Source: Gracilinanus agilis
Lineage: Eukaryota
Assembly (NCBI RefSeq): GCF_016433145.1
Contig: NC_058134.1
Span: 95,686,882 to 95,750,881, forward strand
Reading direction: 5' to 3'
Length of the DNA stretch: 64,000 nt
In this document: positions 23,817-37,002 of the stretch, one piece after another
Layout: each line of letters begins with the position of its first letter
Position numbering within the stretch: the first letter of the stretch is position 1
Notes under the pieces: model-generated
The model's input: only the letters and a program-made list of their open reading frames with translations
The model's database searches: none
Told to the model about the DNA's origin: nothing
Program-made: the position numbers and the translations under genes

Positions 23817-24458
23817 GTATGTGTTATTTAGCTGGATTTTATTTTTTTAATTGCTTTTCAAATAGGGGCATTGATTTCTAAGAGGATGATACGGTAAAAG
23901 AGGCATGGACCTAGAGTTAGAACTCCTCATTCAGATGGTTGTTCATTATAGGACACTGGAAAAATTAGTTTTCCTCTCTATAATAGAGATAAGAATTCAT
24001 GGACTATCCACCTCACAGAAATGCTATAAGGAAAGTACTCATTAAATTATAATTTACTATGTAAATATGAGTAGCCTTTTCTTATTCTAAATTTGATTTT
24101 GCTCTTATATAAAAGCAAAGTGGATATGTTTGCATGTTTTTAAGCTCTGAATACAAAGTTGCTAGGGAATTTATATTTACAAAACTATTTACCTCCATTT
24201 GGACTTTAGTAGATATTTAAATTATTCTTCATTCAAAAGTTATTTGCATTCCTCCTTTGTATAAATTTTGTGTGCTAGTAGCTGTTGGGGTGAACACAAA
24301 GATAAGTAATATATGATCCCTTCCCTTAAGGAATTTAAAACATAGTAAAAGAGGTAATAGTTGTTGACCTAATAGTTGTTCTCATACCAGAAAGACTGAC
24401 TTCTCCTTTATTGATGTTGAGTCTTAAGGTTTTTAATTTCTTTCTCTTCATTCAATAG

Positions 24459-26351
24459 CAAATGCGACAAAAAAGTAAACAGCAAGCAAAAATTGAAGCT
24501 ACACAGAAATTGGAGCAAGTGAAAAATGAACAGCAGCAGCAACAACAGCAGCAGCAACAGCAGCAGTTTGGTTCCCAACCACTTGTGAACCAGTCTGGGT
24601 CTGACACCCCTAGCAGTGGGATACAGAGCCCTTTAACACCTCAGCCTGGAAATGGAAGTATGTCTCCTGCACAGTCATTCCACAAAGATCTGTTTACCAA
24701 ACCACAGCTCCCTGGACCCCCGACTACAGTGGCTTCAGATGATGTATTTCTAAAACCCCAAGCTCCTCCTCCTCCTCCAGCCCCTGTCCGCATCCCAGTG
24801 CAGGAAGCCCTTCCTCAAACTCAGACTCCTCCATCACCATCCTCACACATGTTTTCATCAGGTTCTTCAAGCACACGGCCCCCCTCTCCAGTCGATCCTT
24901 ATGCTAAAATGGTGGGAACCCCTAGACCACTTCCAGGAGGTCAGAACTTTCCTAGAAGAAATTCTGTTGGACCAGTGGAAACCTGCACAACTCCCTTGTC
25001 TCGTTCCATTCAAGTAACTGAAACAACAGCAAGTAGGCTTTCATCTGCCAGGGATGTGTGTTCTTCCTCTTCAGCTAGTAGTGATCCCTATGCAAAACCC
25101 CCAGACACACCTAGACCTGTAGTGACAGATCAGTTTTCTAAACCCTTGGGGATACCAAGGTCTCCCATTGTCATGGAACAAACTGGAAAAGGCCCTTTAA
25201 CAGCTGGAACAAATGATCCCTTCACTAAACCATCTCCTAGGCCAGACAGATTTCAAAGACAAAGGATACCTGATCCATATACACGACCCCCTTTGACACC
25301 TACCCCTGTTGATAGTAGTACTGGACCTTTTAAACCTCCCATGCACCCTCCTCAATCCCCTCAAGATCCTTTTGGGTCAGTGCCACAAACACCAAGAAGA
25401 ATGTCTGCTGACCCCTATGAAAGGCCTGTTTTGACACCAAGACCAGTAGACTCTTTTCCCCTTAGTCAGTCTAGTGATCCTTATAGTCAGCCTCCTCATA
25501 CTCCACATCCTGCAATGAATGATTCTTTTGCCCATCCTTCAAGGGCTTTTTCTCAGTCTGGGGCTATGTCCAGGCAAACTTCTCAGGACCCTTATTCACA
25601 GCCTCCAGGAACTCCTCATCCTCTTGTAGATGCTTTTTCCCAATCCTCAGGAACACCTCGACCCATCAAAGATCCTTATTCCCAACCTTCTGCAACTGCC
25701 CGGCCTACCACTATTGATCCTTATATTCAGCAGACTTCTACACCCATGCCCTCTGCACAGGCAGATTTATTTGTTCCATCACCAGGTAATCAAAGGCATT
25801 CTGATCCTTATGCCCATCCTCCTGGAACACCAAGACCTGCCATCCCTGTTCCTTATTCACAGGTATCAGTGCCTCCAAGGCCAGGGATTCCAGAAAGTTT
25901 TACTAGATCCCCAATGACAAGACCAGGCCTTGTGTCAAATCAAGATGCTTTCCTCCAGGCAACACAAAACAGAGGACCAACTTTATCAGGGACTTTTGTA
26001 AGGTCATCAGATGCATGTTCTCAAACACCAAGACCACCAGGTCCTGCTTTGTCAGAAACTTTTAGTCATGTTCCACCATCCCCTGCTCATGACCCTTATG
26101 ATCAACCTCCAATGACTCCAAGACCTCAATCTGATTCCTTTGGAACTAGTCAGATTAGCCATGATGTTGTCGATCAACCAAGACCAGGATCAGAAGGGAA
26201 TTTTAATGCATCTTCAAATTCTCCAATGAATTCTCAAGGACAGCAATTTTCTACCGTCCCGCAAATTCCTGGTCCAGCACCAACTTTAGCGGTAACAGAT
26301 ACACAGAATACCATAAATATGTCTCCAGCAGATACAGAAAAGCTCAGACAG
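24459..26351 (+). CDS. KMT2C: KMT2C large exon (approx. exon 36): polyQ12 and Pro/Ser-rich DPY..TPRP repeat region
   Basis: ttcaatag acceptor, cag|gtaaac donor, 1893 nt = 631 codons; coincides with ORF 24462..26360. Confidence 0.97.
24531..24566 (+). repeat. Coding CAG/CAA repeat, Q12
   Basis: cag cag cag caa caa cag cag cag caa cag cag cag. Confidence 0.97.
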
Positions 26352-27047
26352 GTAAACTAACTGTATAATCATGATATTAAGTATATTATGTAGAAAAATA
26401 TCTAGTGCTTTCCCCCTAAATTTAATAATAGCACAAACCCAAAAAACAAAGCCGTAAACTTCAACTTCTTTTAAAGAATACACAATCTCATGGAAAGAGA
26501 ATGAAAATTTGAGTCTAAAGATCCTATCTTCAAATCATTCCTCAGCTACTTATTGTGTGGCTTTGAGCCCATAATTTACTTCATTAAACCTGAGTTTTTT
26601 GGTCTATAAAGTAAGAGGGTTGGAATAGATGAACTCTGAGATCATAATCTTGTTTAAATTCATGATTTTGGATCTGTTTTCATCATGCAAGTTGTATCAA
26701 GTTCAATAGAGAAAGGAAATTTTATTAAAATTTGTTTGTTTACATGTGATTTCCTCATCTATGTTTGTTTTATATTTTGTGAATATGTAGGTGAGTATAG
26801 TTTTAAAATGCTATGGTTTCTTCCTACGTAAGAATGGTACTCAATTGTCATTTGCTATCAGTCATTATCACGACTAATTGTGAGGCATTGCTATTTTGAA
26901 ATTTTTAGTTTTCTTTTAAGAAATGTCAATATTTAAAAACTTTATGTTAATAAATTTAGACATGAAATGCTGTCTTTTGAAAAAATCCTTTTTTATATCA
27001 TGAATCCATGAATTATTGGTCTTCCTGGTCCTTTTTTCCCTAACCAG

Positions 27048-27322
27048 AGACAGAAGTTGCGTGAAATCATTCTTCAGCAACAACAGCAGAAAAAGAATGC
27101 TATCCGGCAAGAAAAAGGATTACAAGACCCTGGGTCTCTGCAACACTGGCAACCAGAGAATCTTAACCCAATGTTTAATAGACCACCACCTCCTTATCCT
27201 GGTAACATTCGAGCTCCTGTTGTTCCACCTGGTGGGCCTAGATTTCCCCTTTTCCCAAAAGAACAACGAGGACCGTTTCCTTCTGATGTTCCTGGCATGG
27301 GAATAAGGCATCATGGGTTAAG
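27048..27322 (+). CDS. KMT2C: KMT2C coding exon (approx. exon 37), RQKLREIILQQQQQKK...RPPPPYPG...HHGL(R)
   Basis: taaccag acceptor, ag|gtaatg donor, 275 nt phase 0-2. Confidence 0.96.
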
Positions 27323-28260
27323 GTAATGTGTCATTTTGTTGCCTGTTCCAGAATGTTGATATAGCTAAGGATAGGCCGTTAAAAAATACCATTTAATTAT
27401 AGAAATTTGAGTCACTAGGGCTTATATCTGCTTCAGCATTTCCTCTTTATTGAAAATGCAGACAGTAACAAATTTTTGTTGCTGCTGAGGACAATATCAA
27501 CAGAATAAGACTTATTTTCCCCAAAAACTGAGATAAAATTCTCTTATTGAAGTTTTATAGAACCCTGTTATAACATGTCACATATGTCTGATGATGACTT
27601 AAAGTGAAATAAAAAGTTCACTTACTACAATCTGTAATATCCTTTGCCTATAATGTGTTGGCAGTTCTGTGGTTCCACTTTTTAAAATCAAGTTCTAAAT
27701 AGATGTGTTGTAGGCTGAATATTTTAAGGAAATTTTCATAAAATCATAGGGGCTCACATTTTTTTACCTCTTGAACAAAACCCTATCTCCTTTCACTGTT
27801 CATATGTCTTGTTCAATATCATATTCCTGGAAATACTCCCATGCCTCATTTGCTTCAACTTCTTGCCTTCAAACCTTTTCCCAAATTTACCCCTATTGTA
27901 AAATAAAATAAATCCTTTAGGTATAATATATATATATATATATTTGTTTTATCTATTAAATGTTTATTAACTTGTTTTAGTCCTTATTCTGCATTTGTAT
28001 TATTTACCTTAAACTATCAACTTTGAGTTCAGTTACAAATATTCATTCTCTTATGTGATGCTTAACTATACACATACAGGTGTAAATCCTTCTTAGTGAG
28101 GATTCATTTTTCCTATTAGGCCATATGTTTTAGGGCCTTAATGGAACTATTAATTTTGTATTTTAGATTTATGATTAAAGTTGTTTTCCTACTAATCAGA
28201 AATTTTAGGCGTATTCCTTAATGAATAATGTTAATTTCCCAAAATTATATATCTTTTTAG

Positions 28261-30071
28261 ATTTGGATTCCCAGGTGGGGGCCATGGTCCACCATCAAGT
28301 CAGGAACGTTTCCTTGTACCACCTCAGCAAATGCAGGGCCCTGGAGTTCCTCCACAGCTTCGAAGATCAATGTCTGTAGATATGCCTAGGCCCTTGAACA
28401 ACTCACAGATGAATAATCCAGTTGGACTTACACCACATTTTCCACCACAGGGTATGCAACTTCAACAGCATAACATCCTGGGTCAAGCATTTATTGAATT
28501 AAGGCACCGGGCCCCTGATGGAAGACCCCGGCTTCCCTTCAACATTTCTGCTAATAATGTTATAGAGCCAACTTCCCAACACCACCGACATGGGAACCTT
28601 ATACCACGGACAGACTTTCAAGGTCCAAGACCCACAGATCCAGTCAGACGGACATCTCAGTGCATACCTAGTCAGACATTGGTGTCTACAAATTTGGAAC
28701 ATATACCATCATCTCAGCAAGAGTCAAGCCAAACTGTCCACCCTTCTTCTCTCGCCATGCGCTCTCTGAGTCATACCTCAGGAAATGATTTTGTAGGGAC
28801 TTCTCTGCCAACTCCATTATCAACTGATGAATCTAGTAATTTACAGATGTCCAGCCAACCAGCTGATAGCCTAGAAGAAAAGCTTGATCCTGATGATCCG
28901 TCTGTAAAAGATTTAGATGTCAAAGATCTTGAAGGGGTTGAAGTCAAAGATTTGGATGATGAAGATCTTGAAAATTTAAACCTTGACACAGAGGATGGCA
29001 AAGGAGATGAGTTAGATACCCTAGATAATCTGGAAACAAATGATCCCAACCTTGATGACCTCTTGAGATCAGGAGAATTTGATATTATTGCATATACAGA
29101 TCCTGAACTTGACCTGGGTGATAAGAAAAGTATGTTTAATGAGGAATTGGATCTAAATGTCCCAATTGATGATAAATTAGATATGCAGTGCAAAACTGAG
29201 GAACCAAAAAAGGATGACAAAATTGATAAGAATGTAATTTCTTCTGATAAACTTTCTCCAAAGAAAAAGTCTACTATTGTGAATGAGATAAAAACAGAAG
29301 TACTCTCTCCACATTCACAAGAAGAAGCAAAATCTGAAAAAGAGAAAAGCGAAAACAGTACCAATACTGCCTGCACTCAGCTTTCTACTGAAACTGAATT
29401 AAATGAAGTAGAAAAGACTTCTTCAGCATCTTGTGATCAAGATAGAATTGACAATAGGACTAATCAGGAAATTGTTGGGTCAAACACACATGTACAAGGA
29501 TCTACTCAGATTCCTACTCAAGATGTAATAAGTGCCTGTAGCATTACTGAATCAACTCCAGTTCTCTCAAGTTTACTTGCTAATGAGAAATCTGATAATT
29601 CTGACATACAGCCATTGGCATCTCCTCCACCTTCTTTGCCAGCTACTCAATCTAATCATGTGTCAAGTTTGCCTACAACTTTAATACCACCTTCTGGACC
29701 GGTGTTGGACCACACAATGAATTCTAATATGACTGTGGTCTCCAGAATGAACCATACTTTTTCTCAAAGTATGAATGTAAATCCAGGATTCATCCATAGT
29801 CAGTCAGCAAATCATAGTTTTGGGACTGGACAACCTAACAATCAAGCTGTCTCTGTAGCAAATCCATCTGGTCCAAGTAGCATGTCTGGACCCCAACAGT
29901 TATTGCTTCCTCAGACATTAGCTCAGCAGAATAGAGAAAGACCTCTTCTACTTGAGGAACAACCACTTCTTCTCCAGGACCTTTTGGATCAAGAGAGGCA
30001 GGAACAACAACAGCAGAGACAGATGCAAGCCATGATTCGCCAGCGATCTGAACCATTCTTCCCCAATATTG
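28261..30071 (+). CDS. KMT2C: KMT2C large exon (approx. exon 38): acidic region, LxxLL motifs LDDLL, LSSLL, LQDLL, ending EPFFPNI
   Basis: tctttttag acceptor, g|gtatga donor, 1811 nt phase 2-1; ORF 28331..30100. Confidence 0.97.
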
Positions 30072-30163
30072 GTATGAGTTCCATAGCATCTTTTGTATAA
30101 TATTGGTTCAATTATTCAATTTCATTTTTCAAAATCAAATTTCATTAAGAATGAGAGGTTTCA

Positions 30164-30350
30164 GGGGGCAGCTGGGTAGCTCAGTGGATTGAGAGTCAGG
30201 CCTAGAGACGGGAGGTCCTGGGTTCAAATCCGGCCTCAGCCACTTCCCAGCTGTGTGACCCTGGGCAGGTCACTTGACCCCCATTGCCCACCCTTTCCAC
30301 TCTTTCACCTATGAGACAATACACCAAAGTTAAGGGTTTAAAAAAAAAAG
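30164..30350 (+). mobile_element. Young marsupial SINE (SINE1_MD-like) with 17-bp TSD
   Basis: gggggcagctgggtagctcagtgg...A-tail; TSD aagaatgagaggtttca (30147-30163) / aagaattagaggtttca (30348-30364). Confidence 0.93.
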
Positions 30351-30554
30351 AATTAGAGGTTTCAAAGTCATTTTGAAAACTGCCTTTGATGTATATTTCA
30401 TATAAAAATAATATTGATGTCATGTTTTTCTATCTCCTTTGCTAATAGTATCCCTTTCTCTTGCCTGTATAGAGAGGCTATCAATTGTAATAAAGCATAG
30501 GGAAAAAACCCCAAATTATCCCAGCAGAATCTGACAAAATACAGCAGGTTATAC

Positions 30555-32043
30555 TGTTATGACCAGTAGGGGTCTAAGAAATGGTAGTTGGGTTAGCTCA
30601 AGGAAAAACCCTATGCACAGCTAGATGTGAGGATAAGGTTTGTTCCCAAACCAGCTAGGCTAAGCCTCCTTTAAGACTAAGAATTCTCTTACTAACCACA
30701 AGCCTTAGATACCAGTCTTGGCAGTCAGGAAACAGGCAGTCAGGTAGAATGTTGAATTCCTGAAACCTTTGGTTATAATTAAGGGTTAGCTCTAGCTTGA
30801 AAGCAGCTATAACCGGTTAGTGATGCTATCAGGATCTGACTACACCAATTTAGATACCGTCATCAAAGGTAAGTTGTTGCCTTTAAAGATTACTATAGGC
30901 TTTGAGATCAAACTGGGTTTATTTGGTAACCTGAAGGGTAGGTAAATGGGAGAAGGAGAGTGGATGATGGAAACCCTGAATAATCTTGCCTAAGTATCAA
31001 AGTCTAAATAAATATTTAAACTTAAGTTGTTCCCTAAGGAGCAGAGTATAAAGGACCTTGGAGGTCTCCTCTGACTCTGTAACTATTTGTTGCTGAGCCC
31101 AGGGATAACAAGTTCCTGGGTCAGATGCTATTGTAATTCTTGTAGTTTGCAGTATATTCTTGTTTGAAAATAAAGCTTATTGGCTATGCCAATAAAGTTG
31201 TTTGATATGGATAGCAATAAGGGTTGACCCTACCTGCCTCCCTAATCAAACTTCCCACCTCCAGGGGCCCAATCTGTCACCTCCTGCCTCCCTAACCCAA
31301 GGAGAAGAAAGAATGAAACCTGAGGGGTCTGAGGACCTCAATTTATAGCCTGTCCCTAACTGTCACCTTGGCACATGCCTGGGGCTGCTTTGCCAGGTTC
31401 TGAGTTCCAAGGTGGCAAACTGCTTTTTTGTACCTACAGAAAATGGCTGCCCATTTCTGATCATTACAGACATACAGAAAGCAGGGCTGGGAAATGATCT
31501 CCAAATAGTCTTTGAGATAAGAAGAAAAAACCTTGAAGTAGTTGATGGTGGAAATGATAGCAGTAATTTGGAACCTGAAACTACTGAAAGGGAATGTTCT
31601 AGTCCTGAAGACTGTCAAACTCAAAACATCAGAGTGGGAGAAACCTTTAGTGAGAAACCCACCTTTCTAGCTCTCTGCCAACTTCTTTCTGAACATTCTG
31701 TGAGCTTACCTCAAGGCAGCTCAGTTGCCAGAACAATGCTGAGCTCTGCTCAAGCTGAAAGGAGCTGTCAGCTCTCTAGCTCAACATTTTATTTGGACTC
31801 TGACAGAGACAAGACCTCAGGCGACTTTGAAGAGGTCTCTGATCTGTCTTTAAATGCTGACAATAGACATGAAGGAGTCCTAGATCAATACTATACACTA
31901 GAACGGATCCAAATTCAAGGCACACTATCTGTTAAGGAATCCCAACTACCTCTAATCCCTATTAAGTCCAACAGTCATAGGGAACCCCTAATAAGTGTGA
32001 ATATTGGGGGGCAGATCTATAATGCTCTTGTAGAAACATTACA
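30555..32043 (+). mobile_element. LTR element, sense to KMT2C: LTR (TATAAA 31047, AATAAA 31169 and 31191) followed by a gag-end/protease-start remnant
   Basis: tgtta...ttaca termini with atac/atat flanks; ORF 31412..32053 ends EPLISVNIGGQIYNALVET, resembling a retroviral aspartic protease N-terminus. Confidence 0.7.
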
Positions 32044-33063
32044 ATATCCATAGTTCCCCATGTATGCAAAGAAAGGAGGCACTACATTTTTTCATCTCTT
32101 CCTCAGGTATTTAATAGGATTCAGTTTAAGAAATTTTGTTTCCAATTCCAATTCTTTCCATTTAACTTCTTGTTATATATAACATTCATTTGGTATATCA
32201 GATCCTATAATTTTCCCCATGATTCTCTACATTCTTCATAACCATTATTTCATACATTGTAATAATGTTCTGCTAAGTCCTGTAGAATTATAAAAAATGA
32301 GTTAGAATAGTATTATATTCTTTTGAGGTTGATTCATGTCGTGAAGATCAGTTTTCAAGTGTCTTAGATGCTAGCCCTTTGAAAGCTTTATCGATCTTAT
32401 AATTATTACATTAAAACAAGAATAATCAAAATCAAGAGTAGTATTATTCCTTTGCCCATTCTTTCCTAAAAATGTTGTGTACCATATTTTTTTTCCTGCG
32501 CAGCACTGAGATTATTGAATTTAAGCAAATTTGTAAAATGAAATATTTTATTTTATTCTTGTAACTCCTAGTGATCAGAAAATATTTGATAAACTTATTT
32601 TTCACACCTCTGTAAATAATATTTTAACTTGTTCTTCAAGTTTCTCTGAATGAGAGCTCAGCATTCATGTGCATGCATGTGGGCAACATATACACACAAA
32701 ATACAATATTAGGTAAATTTTAAAAGATGCTCAACTCTTTGGGGAAGTTTGGAAACTAAAGGCTTCTCACTGAGTAATAATTCTTTTCAAGGTATCTATA
32801 TCTTGTTCTTAGAGAAGCATCAAGTATTGGATTGAGATCTCAAAGCTTGGAAGACCTGGGTTCAGATTCTTTTTTCAGCATATACAGGCTATATGACATT
32901 GGAGAAGTAACTTTACCTTTCAGTGCTCTAGGCAAGTCTCTAAGGCTATAAATTGCTAGAACACATATCATCCTGTATTGATGGGAGAAATTTTATTAAT
33001 TAATCATTATAGAACCAATTTTTTTCAGCGATCCCTGCATCCTTTCTATTTTTTTTTAATAGA

Positions 33064-33202
33064 ATAATTGTGGATTCCATGAGAGTAGCCAATGAAGTAA
33101 AACAATAAACAGGAGGATACCATTAATGGTATCTTCAAATGTATGTTTTCCTCCTGTTTGTTATTTTACTACATTGGCTACTCTCATGGAATCCACAATT
33201 AT
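33064..33202. repeat. Near-perfect inverted repeat, 54-bp arms (51/54 paired), 31-nt loop; MITE-like
   Basis: ataattgtggattccatgagagtagccaatg...caggagga (33064-33117) is the reverse complement of 33149-33202. Confidence 0.95.
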
Positions 33203-33503
33203 AAGGAAGTGTTTGGATGAATTGAAATGTTAGATAAAGGAAAATCTTAAATTTGATTGAAACATCTTACCTTAGTTATCATAGATTTTGCGATTAAAAT
33301 ATATTTCCAAATATAAATTAATGAAACAGGAACAAATTAATTTGGATCCTTGTAAAAATATCAGAATGTCTTAACCAACATCTTAATAGCTCATGCAAAT
33401 ATAAAAGAATAAAGTTATGTTTAATGCCATAGGAAATGATTTGTTTACATTGTATTTCCTACTATGAGACAGTACAAATAACTATAATGATTTTTTTCTT
33501 TAG

Positions 33504-33615
33504 ATTTTGATGCAATCACAGATCCTATAATGAAAGCAAAAATGGTAGCTCTTAAAGGGATTAATAAAGTAATGGCTCAAAACAATATGGGGATGCCACC
33601 AATGGTCATGAACAG
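33504..33615 (+). CDS. KMT2C: KMT2C coding exon (approx. exon 39), (D)FDAITDPIMKAKMVALKGINKVM...VMN(R)
   Basis: ttttctttag acceptor, ag|gtaaga donor, 112 nt phase 1-2. Confidence 0.96.
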
Positions 33616-35514
33616 GTAAGATAAAGATGGCCCCTAATCTTTTGAGACTAGAAGTCACTAAAGTCATTGATGTAATGTGAATGTGCCTAGTATTTGGAGA
33701 GAGCATATTGAAATTTAGTGATTTACATTTTAGGAAAGAATAAACATTAAATTGAGTAGGATCTGAGATTAAGAGCAAGTTTCTTTCAAACATGAGGTAA
33801 AGGTTTGGAAAATACTGATTTGAATGACATGGTGGGGAGAGATATATAAATTTTTTGCCTTAATAAATGATACTTTAATGCTACCTATGTCATGGATGAT
33901 TAGAAGTAAAAAGTGTGTAGGGTTACTTATTAATGATAGAAGGAAAAAGAGATTTGAATTGAGAGAAAGATTCTTATTTGTTCCATAAGTAAATTAAGGC
34001 TTATCTTTCTCTAAAAGGATACTGAAGGGAGAAAGGAGAACAAGAGGTTGAGGGAGTTAATAATAAGAATTTTTACTAATTACTAGAGAAGATTGATAGC
34101 TTGTTCTCCATTGGAACAAAAAATATATAAAGGAAGGGAGGAAAATTATAAATAATAAAGTAACACTCTTTTTTGGATCTTGGAAACTAGATAGCACTCA
34201 TTTTAAAGGAGATAAAGAGACTGAGACAGAAATTCTAATAGGAAAGGTAGAATTCTATTGACATGATTTTATTTTGGAACCATTTCACTGTTAGCAGAGA
34301 AATAGAAAATAATTATCTCAGTGTTGAGAGTTTATGTATGAAGCATTTTCATTAAATTTTTTATTAGCACCACAAGTCAACAAGAATTTAAGTGCACTGT
34401 TTTAAGCTCTGAACAGCTTGTCTAAGCCAGTATATCAATTTAACAAAATTTTTGGACCCTATTGATATATGGACCATATTCAGAGTACTCTTCATGGTAT
34501 TCTCTGACCTTGTACTTACAAAGATTACACCTGGCCTAGAGAAGAAGATATAGACAGATGCTTTATTATATTAGTTGTGTAAGTGTTATACTTACATAAT
34601 ATATAGGAGATACTACCACATACTTGATTGGTTAATAGAGGCAAGATGTGAATTGGTCAATTAATAATAATCATAATAGCATCATAATTCTTTAATGTTT
34701 GCATAATATTGGATAAATACTATGTCTTTTGAGATTCACCATCATCTCAGATAGATGCTATTATCATTGCCAGAGAGTAACTTGCCCAGAGTCAGAATTA
34801 GAGGAGAACAAGCATTTAATAAGTGTCCTAGTATGTGTGAAGCTCTGTTCTATATATCTTATAAATATTATCTCTGTTAGTCTTTACAAAAACCCTGAGG
34901 ATTATATGCGATCTATTTCTAAATCTCAGGAAACTAAATCATAAAAAAGCATTCCTGAGTCCGTGTCCAGCACTTAATTCAATTCAACATACATTGAGTA
35001 ATGCCTTTTATATGTCTTGGCACTGAGCCTTGATCCAGGCAAACGTAGCTAATATAAACTTCACACCCTGACACATTAAACAGTACATTAAAAATTAATG
35101 TTTGTTATTTGAAATGTCTTTTAGAAATTTCATATTCATATGAATTATATTTTGATCTTCAGACAGTTATGGTGAACATTTTAATTTATCATATTTTAAA
35201 TTTCAATTAGTTTACCTTATAAAATAAGTGGTGCCTGGAATTTTTATTAATAATGAAAAAATACAAATATTCAGATGTGATTAAAAAATGCTTGTCATAA
35301 TCTTTAATTAAGTTGAGAGCATAAAATAATGGTTTAGAACCTTCTTAAGCCTAATTTTATTATATTTATTGTTTTTTCCTTTATATGTTGGCTAATTTTG
35401 CCTCATTGGTATAGAAAAATTACTAGGTATTTAATAGTATTTTCCTTTAAATCATTCCACAAATTTTTGCTGCTAAATGTTTATTTTTTTAGAGAGATGC
35501 TTCCTTTTTTACAG

Positions 35515-35581
35515 GTTCCCCTTTATGTCTGGGACACAAAGTAGTGAAGGCCAGAATCTTTCCCAGCAGGCAGTTGCTCAG
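35515..35581 (+). CDS. KMT2C: KMT2C coding exon (approx. exon 40), (R)FPFMSGTQSSEGQNLSQQAVAQ
   Basis: ttttttacag acceptor, cag|gtaatg donor, 67 nt phase 2-0. Confidence 0.92.
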
Positions 35582-36938
35582 GTAATGTTACTTGTAATTG
35601 AAGCATTTGTTGATTTTGTTTTACTTTCAGATTCATTGTTTTTTGTTGTTGTTTTTTTAAATAAAGCCATCAAAGTCAGTGTGATATTGTAAAGGAAAAC
35701 TCAAATGAACAATTAATTATGTATTATGTGAGTCTCATATATAGTGTCATTTTGACCCTAGAGCTATTATTATATGTCAGAGTTCGTTCTGAATAATTTA
35801 TATAAGCTCTTCTAATTGACACATTTATAAGCATATCAGAAGTTTAAAAAAGAACCCATAGTTTCATTTTCATAGAATAATGTGTGGTGATTTTGTTAAC
35901 TTGACAGAATATTCAGTTGGACACTGAATAAAAATAAAAATATTCCTCCCATATACACTTATGATATTCACCTAGAGAACTATTTTTAGAAACCACTCAG
36001 TTCTACTGCTAATTATTCTACATAAAATAATTGTATTTTTATAAATAATTAGGCAATGATTAGGGAAAGTGGTAGCATTTTTTTCAAAAGTACTTAAAAA
36101 TTTGATCTGATAGTTTTAAAAATGTGCTTTAGATATTATTTTGCTTGTGTTTTTGCTATAGCTAAACAATATAGTAATCTCTTTAATATCTGTAGCAGTA
36201 TTATGAGTATTTATCTTAATTTCGATAAGAACTACAATCTCCTATTTATTATTAATAAATTCACTGACTCCTTTTTTGCTTTGTCAGTCTATAACTTGTG
36301 GGACTTGAAAATAAAGTAAATGTCAGTTTTCTTTATTGCGTACCTACTATAAATTATTTCCAGTGTTCAATAAGTTTATTTGCCACTTCATGTTAAAGTT
36401 TTCTAAGACAAGTGAATTATTTAATTGGAATTAAAGTTAAATCTCTTTAGTCAACTTTTTTTAAAACTAATACATTGTAATCTCTTTAAATAATGTAGAA
36501 TTCAATGTAGACTGGTGCAACTTTTGCATCTCATCCAAAGGAATTTCCTTACAAAATGGCCAGAGGAACTCTAATATAAGATTAATTTGTATTGTAGTCT
36601 TTGTCTATAGTACCATAGTGAGAGTCTAAGGCAGTCATATTCTGATCATCCATTAATATTTTACACAATCATACTCCTCACAAGTTAACTTGGCCAATCT
36701 TAATTTGAGTACTTTAGTTCCCAAACTGATTGTATGTTACTAAATGTTTAAAAGAGAAAAGTAGTTTTGACCTGATTACAAATGCTCAAATTTGACCACT
36801 AAATTCATTCTACCTTGTGAAAGTGAAAGATTCTAATTCCTTTGTAGTGTGTTTAAAAATATTTTACCAGTCCTATTTAGTATTTTTTTGTCTGATGTTT
36901 GATTATAAAAAAATTCTTATACATTTTACTTATTTTAG

Positions 36939-37002
36939 GATGGCAGTTTAACACCTCAGATTTCTAGGCCTAATCCTCCAAATTTTGGTCCAGGATTTGT
37001 CA
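36939..37002 (+). CDS. KMT2C: KMT2C coding exon (approx. exon 41), DGSLTPQISRPNPPNFGPGFV
   Basis: tattttag acceptor, a|gtaagt donor, 64 nt phase 0-1. Confidence 0.94.

Noticed and set aside
25630-25917. Alternative-frame + strand ORFs inside exons (also 38732-38935)
   Set aside because: Off-frame by-products of Pro/Gln-rich coding sequence.
28771-29376. 201-aa antisense ORF (also 43774-43971, 45019-45264, 29835-30089, 26916-27110)
   Set aside because: Shadow frames opposite KMT2C exons; codon bias of the sense frame suppresses antisense stops.
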